From: Octopus sinensis
Taxonomy: Eukaryota
Length of the DNA: 64,000 nucleotides
Assembly (NCBI RefSeq): GCF_006345805.1
Contig: NC_043003.1
Span: 868,001 to 932,000, forward strand
Reading direction: 5' to 3'
Positions 1 through 12,819 of the stretch are shown here, one piece after another (position 1 is the stretch's first letter; every line of letters begins with the position of its first letter). The notes under the pieces are model-generated. The model had not been told where the DNA came from. It made no database searches and worked only from the letters and a program-made list of their open reading frames with translations. The position numbers were made by a program, and so were the translations under genes.

Positions 1-668
1 AAGGGGACGGAGTGGAGGAATCATATTATGAAAGTTATTTTCATTATCTTAAGCGACTGGTTGACAGCAGATCATGTGTACACGCTGCTGGGGTTACATG
101 TAGACGCGTATGTGTGTGTGTGTGTGTGTGTACGCCCCTGTTCAGGGTGTAACTCGGGTAGGGCACCGAGAAAGTTTAACAAATACAAGCGAGGTGGGGA
201 CAAACTACTTTGCTGTACCCCACTTATTTTTGTCTGTGTGTCCGCTACCCCTACTACACCCCACCGTACCCCCATCCCATAAACGCAGGCACTAGGCAAA
301 GAAAAGGAATAACCCCGGGGTATGGGTGGTGGTCGATAGTGGTGGTTGTAGTTGCGATGGTGTTGAGTGGTAGTTTGTTGTGAAAAAGTGGATGTGATAG
401 CTGTGATGACGGCCACAAAAATGGTGGTGGTGGTGGTGATGCTACTGGTCATTGTTATGGTGATAGTGGCGCTGGTAATGAAGGTAGTCGATGTTGGTGG
501 TGGTGGTGGTGGTTGCAATGATTGCAGTTGTCATGGCTGTTGCCATAGGAGACATGATGATGATGGCGTTGCAGCAGCTAAAGTTGGACGGACATCTCAG
601 ACGACGACGACGATGACGATGATGACAATGATGACGATGATGATGATGATGATGATCCTTTCTACTAC

Positions 669-808
669 AGGCGCAACGCCTCAAATTTTGCGGGAGGGAC
701 TTAACCGATAACATCGACCCTAGTATTTAACTGGTACTTCTTTTATCGACCCCGAAAAGGACGAAAGGTAAAGTTGACCTCGGCGGGATTTGAACTCAGA
801 ACGTGAAG
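669..808 (-). mobile_element. SINE-B fragment (tRNA-headed SINE)
   Basis: Matches the recurrent block actggtactt..ttatcgaccccgaaagga.gaaagg.aaagt.gacctcggcgg.atttgaactcagaacgt, seen about 18 times in the window. Confidence 0.8.
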
Positions 809-923
809 ATGATAATAACAACGAGATTGTATTTGTTTAGCCCCAGCTCAGCTCTGATTATGATTAAAAGCTTTCTAGCCATGCCCATTCCATAATTCAT
901 AATATCTACTTTTCCACCGTTAA

Positions 924-962
<39 letters not shown>

Positions 963-1097
963 TATTCTCATTTAAAGAGATAGAATATGATCTAGAGATT
1001 TAGCTTCTATTTCTAGCAGATCGAACAAGGTAGAACAGTGGTACTCAACCTGGGTCCAAATGACCCTTAAGAATCCAATCATATATAAATATGTGTG

Positions 1098-1144
<47 letters not shown>

Positions 1145-1147
1145 ATA

Positions 1148-1265
1148 TGACGAGCGTAGGCTCGAAACGTAAAAGACTTTCATCACCTTCCCAAGCGTTA
1201 AACTAATACAACTGTTTGTTGTTTACACCCTGTCTTCGTCTTTTGTTTTTTGTAAATTCCAACTA
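1148..1265 (+). mobile_element. Penelope-type (TA)n-flanked short repeat with truncated hammerhead-like motif
   Basis: gagc-gtag-gctc hairpin followed by GAAA-CGTA at 1152-1171. The CUGANGA half is lost into the (TA)n. Confidence 0.4.
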
Positions 1266-1337
1266 TATATATATAACTATAAATAAATAAATATATATAT
1301 AACTATAAATATGTATATGTATGTATATATATATATA

Positions 1338-1344
<7 letters not shown>

Positions 1345-1387
<43 letters not shown>

Positions 1388-1607
1388 GTATAAATATATA
1401 TGTGTGTGTGCGTGTATGTTTGTGTTTGTCCCCCTATCATCGATTGACAACCGATGTTGGTGTGTTTACGTCCCCGTAACTAGCGGTTCGGCAAAAGAGG
1501 CCGATAGAATAAGTACGAGGCTTACAATGAATAAGTTCTGGGGTCGATTTGTTCGACTAAAGGCGGTGCTCCAGCATGGCCGCAGTCAAACGACTGAAAC
1601 AGGTTAA
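1345..1607 (+). mobile_element. SINE-A 3' half (internal microsatellite plus tail)
   Basis: gacaaccgatgttggtgtgtttacgtccccgtaactagcggttcggcaaaagag..ggcggtgctccagcatggccgcagtcaa matches the full copy at 37446-37866. Confidence 0.85.
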
Positions 1608-2222
1608 TGAGTAATTAATTCCACAATCAACTGTTTTAATTACAATTCCTAAAAACATTTAATTATAAAAAAATACAATAGTTTTTTTCTTTTTAAACAT
1701 CGAATGGCTTTGAAGATCCACCCGGATTAAAAAAAGGAACCAGAAGGGGTCCATAGGGTAAAAAAAGGGTTGACAAGCACTGATGTAAAGGCTCCTTTAT
1801 CGGTTCGTTGTTTGATGAGCGGCGGCGGTGGGGCTGGCGGCGTTGATGGTTGTCATGGTAACGGTGAGGATGCCGACGACGATGACGACAAAGTCTCTGT
1901 TGATTATGGTGATTGTGGTGATGATGGTGATGATGGTGCGAAAGGCAGGTGGTTTTGTAGTTACGAATGATGATGATGGTGGTGGTGGTGGTGGTGGTGG
2001 TGGTGATGTCAAATGGGCCTGTGGTCTTTGGAGGTGCAGTAGGTTTCTTGTGTAAGCAATGCTCATTTATAGGTCTGCAGTTTACACACAAGTACACATG
2101 CATGTATGTATGTATATATTACACACACACACACACATTCATTCATGTACACATCTATGTATTTTCACATATGTTCATGTGAAGTTCGTATCTATTTCAG
2201 TCTATCTCGCAATCAATCTGTT

Positions 2223-2317
<95 letters not shown>

Positions 2318-2843
2318 AAGAAAGAGAATGAGTGTGAGAGAGAAAGAATTTCATTGTATTTATTTACATATATACATAATGGTTAAAACACACACCTACA
2401 CACACATATACATGTGTGTGTATATAACATATATATTATATGTGTGTGTGTGTGTGTATAATATACATGTAAACATATGTGCGTATATATATATGTATAC
2501 ATATATTCATATGTACATATATATATATACGCATAAATGTATGCATATATAATAGATATGCATACATACATTGGTGTGTATATATACATACACATATACA
2601 CACATTTATGTATGCATATGTGTGTGTATACATACGTATGCATATATGTGTATATGTACACACACACACACACACACACAGAGAGAAAACAAACAAACCC
2701 TGCATGTTGTAGATCTCTACAAAACACAAAACACAAAATAGAAATAAATTTCGCCAGAAACTTTTCCTTATTTTTATCATCCTCCATCGTCCACCTTTTT
2801 CCCCCCAAAATATTCGTCTATATTTGGTGGGAAAAGAGAGTGA

Positions 2844-2915
<72 letters not shown>

Positions 2916-3137
2916 TATAAAAGAAAATTTTAAAAATGGAAAAGAAAAGGAGACCCCTATTGGTCCCCATCAGTTTTGAAACAGAACGAAATCTAGTCGC
3001 CAGCCCCTTTTCTGTTCTGTCATGGGTTTTCAAAAACGGGGCTGCAACCTCCATCTTGGCTTCCTTGCTTCATCTGTTCCCTCTCAGCCTTGCTTTCACA
3101 CACACATGCACACACACACACACACACACCACACACG

Positions 3138-3177
<40 letters not shown>

Positions 3178-3224
3178 TGCGCGCGCATATACACATACAT
3201 GTATGCACACACACCTATTTATAT

Positions 3225-3575
3225 AGGCACGTACCACCTGCAGCACAGATGGCAGACAAATTTCTGCTGCTTCTTGAAAACTGCTATTATAGCAAGACAC
3301 CGACTAATACTAATAGTACTACAGCTACCAACAAGCCTACTATCACAACAACAGCTACAACTACTACTACCGATACTAGTATTGCTGCCATCACAACCAC
3401 CACCACCACCACCACCACTACTGCCGCCGCAGCCACAACTATTATCACTAGTACCACCACAACCACTGCTGCCGCTACAACCATTACCATCTCCCGCCAC
3501 AACTACCACCACCACCTTCGCCGCCCCGATTACTACTACCACCACCACTGCCACTGTTGCTACCGCAACTATGAT

Positions 3576-3614
<39 letters not shown>

Positions 3615-4239
3615 AGGTGCTACTGCTACCGTTTCTGCAACAGCTATAGTTGAAACAACCCTACTATATCATACTACTACATTACTGCACCACCTCCACC
3701 ACCACCACCACCACCACTACCACCGCTACTACTACTACTACTACTACTATCTACACCCTATTGCACCACTACAGACACCGCTACTATAAATGCATATTAC
3801 TACACCACCGCCGCCGTTAATTACTGTTTCCACTCGACTGCACAATCACTACCATGACTACCACGACAGAGACACTATTACTACCACAACAAGTACTATC
3901 GCTCCACTATCGTCACCACATACTACTACTACTACTACAACCATTTTTATAGCACAGTGGTTGGCGTTACAACAGTCACGTCTGTTGCTTATATATATAT
4001 GTATCTATCTATATCTATCTCTATTAATATCTATCTATATCTATCTATCTACCTATCTATCTATCTCTATTAATATCTATCTATATCTATCTATCTCTGT
4101 CTATCTATTTATATCTATCTATCTATCTATCTATTTATATCTATCTATCTATCTATCTATTTATATCTATCTATCTATCTATTTATATCTATCTATCTAT
4201 CTATCTGTCTATCTATCTGTCTATCTATCTATTTATCTT

Positions 4240-4282
<43 letters not shown>

Positions 4283-4315
4283 GTCTATCTATCTGTCTAT
4301 CTATCTATTTATCTT

Positions 4316-4346
<31 letters not shown>

Positions 4347-4350
4347 CTAT
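3225..4350. repeat. Low-complexity block: (ACT/ACC)n followed by (CTAT)n
   Basis: Directly visible tri- and tetranucleotide repeats; source of the poly-T/Y/H and IYLS ORFs. Confidence 0.95.
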
Positions 4351-4496
4351 CTGTCATCTACACATGACCTCAGCCTCTGGCTGAAACCAGAAGTTAAATA
4401 CCTATACACATATATGCAAATATATTTACTACACACACACACACATATACGCACGCATGTTTATATCTATCTATCATAACTCTTTCTATTATAAGT

Positions 4497-5152
4497 TAAA
4501 AGGCCTACAATTTGGGGTGAAGGGTCAGAACGTTGCATTAACCCCAGACCTCAACAGGCACTTCTTTTACTAACCCCCAAAGGATGAAAATCAAAGTCAT
4601 CTTCGGCGGAATTTGAACTCAGAGCGTAAAGACGGACGAAACGCCGTTAAGCATTTTGTCCGGCATGGTAACAATTTTTCCACGTCGTCTCCTTATGTAT
4701 CATAATAATATTGGCTCAGATTTTAGCTCAGGGTCACTCATTTTTAGGGGTGGGAGACAGTCGATAACCTCAACCCCAGTGTTCAACCTGTACTTAACTT
4801 ATCGACCCCGAAAGGATCAAAGACGACGTCAACCTCGGCAAAATTTGATTTCAGAACGTAAAGACGGACGAAATGTCGCTACGCCTTTTGTCCGGCATGC
4901 TAACGATTCTGCCTGCTCACCCTTTTGGGTAACATAATAACAATTATTTCTGCTCTAGGTATAAAGGCCTTTGGGGGAGGGGGTTAGTAGACTATATCGA
5001 CCCCAGTGCGTAACTGGTACTTATTTCATCGACCCCGAAAGGATGAAAGACAAAGTCGACCTCGGCGGAATTTGAACTCAGAACATAAAGATGCACAAAA
5101 TACCGCTAAGCATTTCGTCCAGCGCGCTAACGACTCTGCCAGCTCGCCGCCT
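4497..5152 (-). mobile_element. Three head-to-tail SINE-B copies (about 4497-4683, 4730-4925, 4950-5152)
   Basis: Three diverged copies of the SINE-B block in the same orientation, separated by short ataataata spacers. Confidence 0.85.
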
Positions 5153-5158
5153 TATAAC

Positions 5159-5195
<37 letters not shown>

Positions 5196-5487
5196 CAACA
5201 ACAACACACAATGTGTCTGTGTTTGTATGAATTTGGATACTATTAGGTCCATGTTGCATAATACATCAGTGATACCCGTGTGCATGTAGGACCTGAGAAG
5301 GTTTCTTCCAGAAGGAAAGAAACAAGGTGAAAGAATCCTTTAAACAACAATTCTAACCCAGCATTTGTTTTACCCTTCATCGATCCCGAAATTATGAAGA
5401 GTAACGCTACCCTCGGCGAGAATCGAACTCAGAGCCAAGTGAGCTAAAATAAATATCGCAAAACGAACTAAATACACGTATATATAT

Positions 5488-5644
5488 AAGCGGCGGACTG
5501 AGCTGTCGGTCAATCGGGCACTACCCGAGGGCCCGGAGCTCTGAGGGGCCCGCACTCTACATGCTAACTCTACTAAATCATACATTCAACGGGTCCGGTA
5601 AAGAGTTATGCCCGAGGGCCCTTAATACTCTCAGTCCGCCCCTG
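5488..5644. mobile_element. Short MITE (hAT/Tip100-like termini)
   Basis: Left gcggcggactgag, right ctcagtccgcccctg; subterminal cccgagggccc on both sides. Confidence 0.6.
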
Positions 5645-5770
5645 ACATACACACACACACACACACACACGCATTTACAGATACAGAAAACACACACACA
5701 CACATACAGAGAAGCATCAAATATATACATACACATACACGTGAGAGAGAAGAGAGAGAGAGAGAGAGAG

Positions 5771-6030
5771 AAGGCGTGTGGCCCAGCGATTAAGGCGTTG
5801 CACTCACGATCGCCAGATTGTGGTTTCGATTCCCAAACCGGTGATGCATTGTGTTCTTGAACAAGACACTCCACTCCGTTGTAACTGAGTAAACAGATTG
5901 GCGTTGTAGTGACGGGGAAACGTTGGCCCGACCCGCTTCGATGGCATCATACGAAAGCCACAACAACTGGAAGAAGCGCACTGTGACCAGCAATGCGTGA
6001 CAACATCCGGTAGTCTGGTCCGTAGATATA
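5771..6030 (+). mobile_element. SINE-C (tRNA head + CORE-like domain) with tail B
   Basis: A/B-box head (ggcgtgtggcccagcg..ggtttcgattccc), CORE-like ttgtgttcttgaacaagacact, tail gaagcgcactgtgaccagcaatg. Confidence 0.75.
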
Positions 6031-6661
6031 TATATGGAAAATTGAACATTAAACAGGTAAAACTCACAAGATCCAACATGGAAACCAGTTGTTGACTTAA
6101 GAAGAAAGGAACAACCCCCCCACACACACACAAATATATACGCAGGTTTTGTGGGTGTGTGCGTGTGTATAGTCATACATTGATCGTATAAACATATAAG
6201 ATACATACATGTGTATATATATACATACATATATATATACATGTATATATATATGTATATATATATACATACATACACATGTATATATATACATACATAC
6301 ACATGTATATATATACATACATACACATGTATATATATACATACATACACATGTATAAATACATACACACACAGAGAGGCTCTTGAACATGTATTTATAA
6401 GCGACTGTCGTTTGTGTAAGAGAGAGAGAGAGGTGGGTGGGGGGGAGTGAAGCATGTGACTTCGGAATGCGTATCCTTGCATGCGTTGATCATTCTGTGT
6501 GGCTGCGAGTGAATGGTTCCGCACGAAACGAGGATGTCTGCGTTTGCAGAAAAGGCTGCACAATAATAATAATAAATAATAATAATAATAATAAATAATA
6601 ATATCTGTGCAGGTATGGATTGTAAATGGATCCTCTCAGTAGTTCAATATATTGGTATATG

Positions 6662-6696
<35 letters not shown>

Positions 6697-6799
6697 GTAT
6701 GTCATCGTATATACATGAGATTGTGGTACCGATTGTGTGAACATGTTCGCTAAGTCTCTTTCTTTCTGTCTGTCTCCCTAGGTATTAATCTATTAAGGC

Positions 6800-6999
6800 C
6801 AGCGGTTTTCAACCGCAGCTCCCAGGGGTGCAATGTGGCCCGCAAGCATCCTTCCGGCGGCCCTCGACAGTTTTCCTTCTATAAATATAATTAATTTCTC
6901 TTTAATTGACTTGGGTTTCCCTTTTCCCGGTGCGGCCCCCTAAAGAAAAATTCAGGTTTTGGATCTGGTCCGGATATTTAAAAATGCTGGGAACCACTG
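6800..6999. mobile_element. hAT (Charlie-like) MITE
   Basis: cagcggttttcaacc ... gctgggaaccactg termini with internal gcggccc motifs. Confidence 0.6.
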
Positions 7000-7616
7000 A
7001 TCGACACATAATGAGGACATCTTCGCAGTCGTTCGATGAGATGCTAGTAAATGCAGCCAAACCCAGCAGATTTCATTCTGCTGTCTTTAGAAAAAGTCGG
7101 ACGCATTCGGTGCCCTTAAAACTGCGCAATGGTCACGGCTGGAATATTTTTGATCATAGTTTCATTGAATTCATGTTGACCTGAAGCTCAACACCAGCAA
7201 CACCAACTCGTCCATCAAACACCACCACCAAAGTCCGGCAAGGCACGAGAATACGTTCAGTTGTGATGGTGATGATGATGATGATGATGACGATGAATGT
7301 TGTAGTAATGATCGCAGTGACGGTTGTCATCGTAATCATAACATTCGTTCGGTAGTAGTAGTATTAGTAGTGGTAGTAGTAGTATTAGTAGTGGTGGTGG
7401 TAGTGGTGGTAATGAAAAGGATTGAATGAACAAATAAATATATGTAAGAATTGCAACCGTTTTTAAGACATCCTAACGGAACTGGATCCAGGATCCAACA
7501 CACGCACACACACGCACACACACACGCACACACACACGCACACACGTATGTCTATATAAATGCATGACATATATGTGTATTTATGAATGTGTGTGTGTGT
7601 GTGTGTGTGTGTGTAG

Positions 7617-7679
7617 GGAGATGGTGTTGATGCAGTAAAAAAACTGGAGAAAGGGTCATCCTGTACAAACTCTAATTCG
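7617..7679 (+). CDS. Candidate 63-nt internal exon (GDGVDAVKKLEKGSSCTNSNS)
   Basis: AG at 7615-7616 after a (TG)n tract, donor GTAAGC at 7680, length divisible by 3, one open frame. No homology recognised. Confidence 0.25.
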
Positions 7680-7689
7680 GTAAGCGTCA

Positions 7690-8070
7690 CCACCCCTCCC
7701 CCACCACACATCCCGCCCCCCGCCCCCCAGGTAAATGTCAAATATGTAGAACCAGCAAAGTGGAAATGAAATGAACGTACGAGATGCAGCTTTAGTTCCT
7801 CCCCCCCCCCCATATTGGTGAGCGACCCAGTTCTATTATCACGCAATCTCTCTCTCCCTCTCTCTCTCTCTTCCCAACGGGCACCTGCTGTTCTTGTAAT
7901 CGCTTTCCTTTTCGGAGTTTGCGCTGGTTCACACCCCCTCCCCCCGCCCTTCCATATCTTCTTCTCTTGCCTCTTCTTCTCTCCATCCTACAAATTCACT
8001 CGTTACGTATCGATCTCCGTTCGCTTCGTTTTCTTTATCGACTCTTGCATTAAAGACCAGCCAATCATTT
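7690..8070. promoter_or_regulatory. Promoter-like patch (GC boxes, CCAAT boxes)
   Basis: cccgccccccgcccccc at about 7711-7728, ATTGG at about 7815, CCAAT at about 8061; unique, CpG-containing sequence. Confidence 0.3.
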
Positions 8071-9319
8071 CTCCATCTATCACCTTCTCAAATCTATCTG
8101 TCTATCGATCTAATTGACAATCTAATTCTCTGACAATCCCTGTCTATCTATCTTTCTACCTGTCTATCATTCTATCCCTCTCTCTATCTTGCGTTCTCTC
8201 TCTCTTCCTTACTCTCAGTCTATCCATCTATGTTGCTCTCTCTCTCTCTCTCTCTCTCTCTATCCATCTCTCTGTCATCTAGTTAGCTCTGCATTTGTCC
8301 GTCTATCCATCCGTCCACCAATCTATCTATCCATCTATATTGCAGTCAATTTATCTGACTATCTAGCTATGTGCATGTATCTTTGCATCTTTTTGTATCT
8401 CTATCTGTCGCCATTTCTCGATATCTAAATCTATCGAATGGCTCTCCCGACCCCCTCGTATTTCTCTTTCCTGGCTTTGAATCTAACAGCTTCACATCAA
8501 CCATACTGGTTACAATACGGAGAAAAATAGACGAAAGGGAAGAATATACAATAAAGGCACCAGTGATTGAATCACCGAAAATAGTGGGGGAAAAACGAAA
8601 AATTACCGAAAGCGACCATCGGAGAAAGAAAACGTAGGGCAAAGTAAGACATTGTAAAGAATTTTATTTAAGGGGACAATAGGGAACTAGGAGAGAGAAT
8701 GAAAGAGAGGGGAAAGATGTGCTGAAGGAAAAATTGTAAAATATATTTGTGTGTGAAAGAAGCAAAGAAAGCAGAAGGCTTCGATGTATATAATTTTGGT
8801 GGGAACAAAATTCTTGTAATGTTAGATTTCGAAATGGAAAAAAAAAAAATGGGTGGTGGAGAATGAAAGAGAAAAAGGAAGATTGTTGCAAAAAGCCGTG
8901 GATTAATAAAAAAATTAAGTCGTTCATTCATTTTTAGAGAAGCAAAGGAATTAGAACGAAAGCAGTCCCAAGAATGGGGAAAACCAAATTCAGGGAATGA
9001 TTTCATTGAATTTTTATGGGGAAGGGGTCCCCTTTTTGTCGATTCGAAAGCTTAAACCTTGTGAGGTTTACTTGCATTTTTGGCTTTCTTTTCTTTTTTG
9101 AGGGGCAGAAACATGGAATGTTGTAATAGCCCTCTTTCCCAACGTATGAGATTTGAAAAATTCCAGCGATAATCCTTTCTCTGTGATTCCACCGAAATAA
9201 TGAATGACGCGATTTGGAAGAATGTCTGTGACAGCAACACCAGTTGGAATTCTACAAATAAGAGTATGCAACACCCTCCCAAACAAAAACAACAACAAAC
9301 TGACCCCCAAAACAAAGCC

Positions 9320-9353
<34 letters not shown>

Positions 9354-9471
9354 GTACAAGGCCAATAATAACGTTTGTTAAATTATTAACATAATAATGC
9401 TTTCTTAACAACAACAATAATAATAATAATGCTTTAATAATAATTGTTTCTAATAATAAAGGGTGTTTGAA

Positions 9472-9480
9472 ACTTACCTC
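9472..9480 (-). other. Consensus 5' splice donor on the minus strand (GAG|GTAAGT)
   Basis: Plus strand acttacctc at 9472-9480; lies about 830 bp downstream (minus sense) of the NRF1-like site. Confidence 0.35.
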
Positions 9481-10229
9481 CTGTTTTAAAGACAAAATCT
9501 CCGACTTTGAGGAATATAAGGAAAATATATAATTTTTTTCTGCTATTTGCAGATATTTGCCGGTTTTGAAAAAAGACTGCTATATATTGTAATATTGTAA
9601 TATTGTAATATGTGTTGTATGAATAGTTGTTCGCTAAACAGTCGTCAGGTGTGTGTGTGTGTATGAGAAATGAGAGAGCGAATGACGAATAGACAGATAC
9701 ACAGTACTATATAATATAAATGTGTATATATATATATATGTATGTATGTATGAGTATGTGTGTATAAGTGTAGGTGTATATATGTGTGTGTGTGTGTGTG
9801 GATATGTATCTGTATACAACAGCAGCAGTAGTTAAAGAGGAGAGAAGGGAAAAGCGAAGCAGAATTAGTTGACTACCGATGTGAAAGCTTCTTCACTGGC
9901 TGAGGAGAGTGAAAATTGCGTGTGTGTGTGTGTGTGTGTGCGTGCGCGTGACTATCTGACTGTGTGTGTGTGTGTGTGTGTGTGACAGTGGTTGTCGTAG
10001 GCAGCTTCCACAAAAAGCTAAGAGCAGATCCAACCAACGCTTAGTGTTGTGGTGGCGGCGGCGGCGGTGCTAGTAGTAATTGTAGTGGAGGTGGTGGTGG
10101 TGGTGGTGGTGGTAGTTGTCGAACACGAAGCAGCAGCGATGACGGAGCTTTATAGTAGCTGCCTTACTACTACTACTACTGCTGCTGCTTATAGTGATGA
10201 TAGTGGTGGTAATAGTAGCAGAGAGAAGG

Positions 10230-10345
10230 AGGGCGCAGTCCCCCCTGACCAACAAAGCGAAAACACGGTTCGCGATATTAGAAAGTTGCTCTCGATTCTC
10301 ACTCCACAGCGCATGCGCGCGATCGCTTCTCTCAACGCAATTTCT
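10230..10345. promoter_or_regulatory. CpG-rich promoter-like element with NRF1-type palindrome
   Basis: GCGCATGCGC at 10309-10318 in a CpG-rich unique patch; equals the established NRF1/EWG consensus. Confidence 0.5.
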
Positions 10346-10715
10346 TCTATTTTCTCCAGCGATGCGATGGCATTTTCACCCCCGGTTTTTGTTGAATTTC
10401 GTTTTGCTTTTGTTTTTGTTTTCTTTTCTTATTGTTGAACATATCCGCATCTTTCTAAAAAAAAAAAAAAAAAAGAGAAAAGTAAAAGAAAGAAAAACCG
10501 AAAACATGTAAAGAAAAACAATGGAACTGTGAACCAGTCTCTTCTGGTTCTCCTTTCAGACCAAGATATGGAGAAGAGATGCGATGGTTGTTGCTTATGA
10601 AAATAATTAGGATTCTGTGGCAGACATACCCGTTTTGTCATTGTAAGCAGATGGTCTCGAGGCACCTGAGTACAGCAGACCCAATGAATATCCCCAAAGC
10701 GCTGCAAAAGTTGAG

Positions 10716-11080
10716 GCACCTTGCGGGGCCGTCTTGGGCAAATCAATGCATTGAGTTCCCTAGCATTTATTTATTGACAACAGGCGGTATAGATCAGAAA
10801 TGGGCCTGCAGACCTATGAGACCCCCGGGGAAAATGATTGCACTGGGCCCTATTTGTGGACAGCAAACCGCAGCATACATAAGTTAGCATTGGACTGCCA
10901 GACCCGTGAGACCCTTAGTAAATTTATGAACTGGGCCCTAGTGTATTTATTTATTGATAGCAAACTGCAGCATACAGGGATCAAAACTATGCCCCTAGAC
11001 CCGTGTGGACTCCTGGGTAAATTAATAACTGAGCCCTATTTCTTGACAACAGGCTACAGAACTGACTCGTGGGGCCTCCA
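10716..11080. repeat. Degenerate minisatellite, unit about 90-97 bp, about 4 copies
   Basis: Recurring agaccc(g)tgagaccc..gg.aaat..at..actgggccct..tattt..tga(c/t)a at about 10716, 10809, 10898 and 10995. Confidence 0.7.
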
Positions 11081-11149
11081 AGCAGCGATCCAATGAGTCC
11101 ATACCGTAAGTCAGTGGTATGATAGCGTGATAAAAGAAAAAAAAAAACG

Positions 11150-11660
11150 CTTTGCTATCGTGAGCTGGTGCCCCTGAGTACGGCAGACCTATGGACATTC
11201 GCAAATTATTGCGTGGCACCTTGGGCAAGTGTCTTCTACTATAGCCTCGGGCCGACCAAAGCGGAAACTGAAAGAAGCCTGTCGTATATATTCTTATGTT
11301 TGTTTCAGTCATTTGACTACGGCCGTGCTGGAGCACTACCTTTAGTCGGACAAATCGACCCCAGGATTTATTCGCTGTAAGCCTGGTACTTATTCTATCG
11401 GTCTCTTCGTGCCGAACCGCTAAGTTACGCGGACGTAAACACATTAACACCGGTTGTCAAGTGATGGTGGAGGGGGGGGGGCAAACACAGACACAAATAA
11501 CAAACCCTGTGTGATAAGTAGCTTGCTTACCAACTACATGCTTCCGGGTTCAGTCCCACTGCGTGAGCACCTTGGGCAAGTGTCTTCTACTACAGCCTCG
11601 GGCCGACCAAAGCCTTGTGAGTGGATTTGGTAGACGGAAACTGAAAGAAGTCCGTCATAT
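11150..11660. mobile_element. SINE-A pieces: 5' half (+), 3' half (-), 5' half (+)
   Basis: gcaccttgggcaagtgtcttctact..ggaaactgaaagaag twice; gccgaaccgctaagttacg on the opposite strand. Confidence 0.8.
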
Positions 11661-11667
11661 ATATATT

Positions 11668-11719
<52 letters not shown>

Positions 11720-11924
11720 GCTTATATGGGTACGGGGTGTTACCGACTGTGTAAACAACATTAAATACTCAAACAACGAGAGAGAAAATTGAAAAAGGAC
11801 GAGTAATCACAGAGAAAGGACCCTTCATCAGTTGTCGACTGTCTCTCTTCTCCTCATTTCGAGCATTCAACGGCATCGGTTGTTACCCTTCTGCTCCCGC
11901 ACTGGTTCGTTTAGGGTTAGGTTG

Positions 11925-12172
11925 TTGGGATATTGGATAAAAAGTCCCATCCTGAGTCACATAGGCTCAAAGGGTCTGTTTCCTAGTTTCTGTGGTGCAT
12001 ATATTTCCCCCGGGACCGAACGCCGGTCATTTTTGCCAGCTGACTGGACTGGAGCAACGTGAAATGAAGTGTTTTGCTCAAGAACACATCGGTTCACCCG
12101 GCCCAGGGATCGAAACCACAACCTTACAATCAGGCGTCTCACACCCCTGACCACTAAACCACACGCCTCCAC
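11925..12172 (-). mobile_element. SINE-C with tail C
   Basis: Reverse complement: gtggaggcgtgtggtttagtgg head, gtgttcttgagcaaaacacttcatttcacgttgctccag body, gaaactaggaaacagaccctttgagcc tail. Confidence 0.75.
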
Positions 12173-12819
12173 CTATGGTCGACGGCGTATGTTGCTGAAG
12201 AGATTTTAGTACTTGTACATTCCCTTGTTTTTCGCACATCAAGTACGAATACCAACTTGGTGTCTGGCGCTAATAAGACCACCAAAATCTGCAATATGAA
12301 AAGAGTTCAAAAGGACAACCATACTGCATCGTCCGTCGCGCCGGTTAACAGGGGACAAATTCGGGAATTAGGTAGAGGGGTCTTTCCGAAAAAATTTATA
12401 GCAGTTTCCATCCAATAACAGTACAAGCAGCAGTAAGCTTGTAGCATGTTGTGTGAGGCCTGGGGTGGGAGCACAAAGGACGTATGTCCCAGACCCCGAT
12501 GCCGGCCCAGGAGGGAACAACCGTTAAGGATTGAGGATATGGAAAGACTTAAAAAGGGGACTTCTCATAGGATCCTATGGAGGAAGTGTCTGAGGATTCT
12601 ATTCCCGTGACCCTCACAGGTGGCTGGAGAAGATGGCGAGAGGGGCGGACATCTCCATATTGTAGAGGGAATCCACTTAGATGTACATTTCCTCCATATT
12701 CTTTGCATTATTAAAATAGGATTAAAGATTATTTTTCAGACCTAGAAATATTTAGCACTGAATTTTGTACCAATCCAACCACGACAGCCACCACTACAAC
12801 TTACACCTTGATTATCTTT

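Larger units (their letters stand above)
1036..1782. mobile_element. hAT-type MITE with nested SINE-A half and (TA)n/(TG)n
   Basis: Termini cagtggtactcaacc (1036) and ggttgacaagcactg (ends 1782) are imperfect inverted repeats. Same end type occurs at 6800, 16626, 27155, 29540 and 52795. Confidence 0.6.

Noticed and set aside
28-4479. Many long ORFs (poly-T/H/Y/V, CVCV, IYLS)
   Set aside because: They are translations of tri-, di- and tetranucleotide repeats that happen to lack stops. No domain or splice support. The same applies to similar ORFs across the window.
7150-7340. Protein-like frames (EAQHQQHQLVHQTPPPKSGKAREYVQL; HHHQSPARHENTF)
   Set aside because: Upstream in-frame stops and no usable acceptor or donor.
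8367-9394. ORFs at 8367-8642, 8371-8637 and 9200-9394
   Set aside because: No recognisable homology or splice boundaries; more consistent with UTR or intron sequence.
10716-11080. CRISPR-like repeat-spacer pattern
   Set aside because: Repeats are degenerate and spacers are homologous to each other; eukaryotic context with no cas genes.
11820-11880. GAAA..CTGATGA on the minus strand as a type II hammerhead
   Set aside because: Stem III and the cleavage triplet cannot be formed in this copy.
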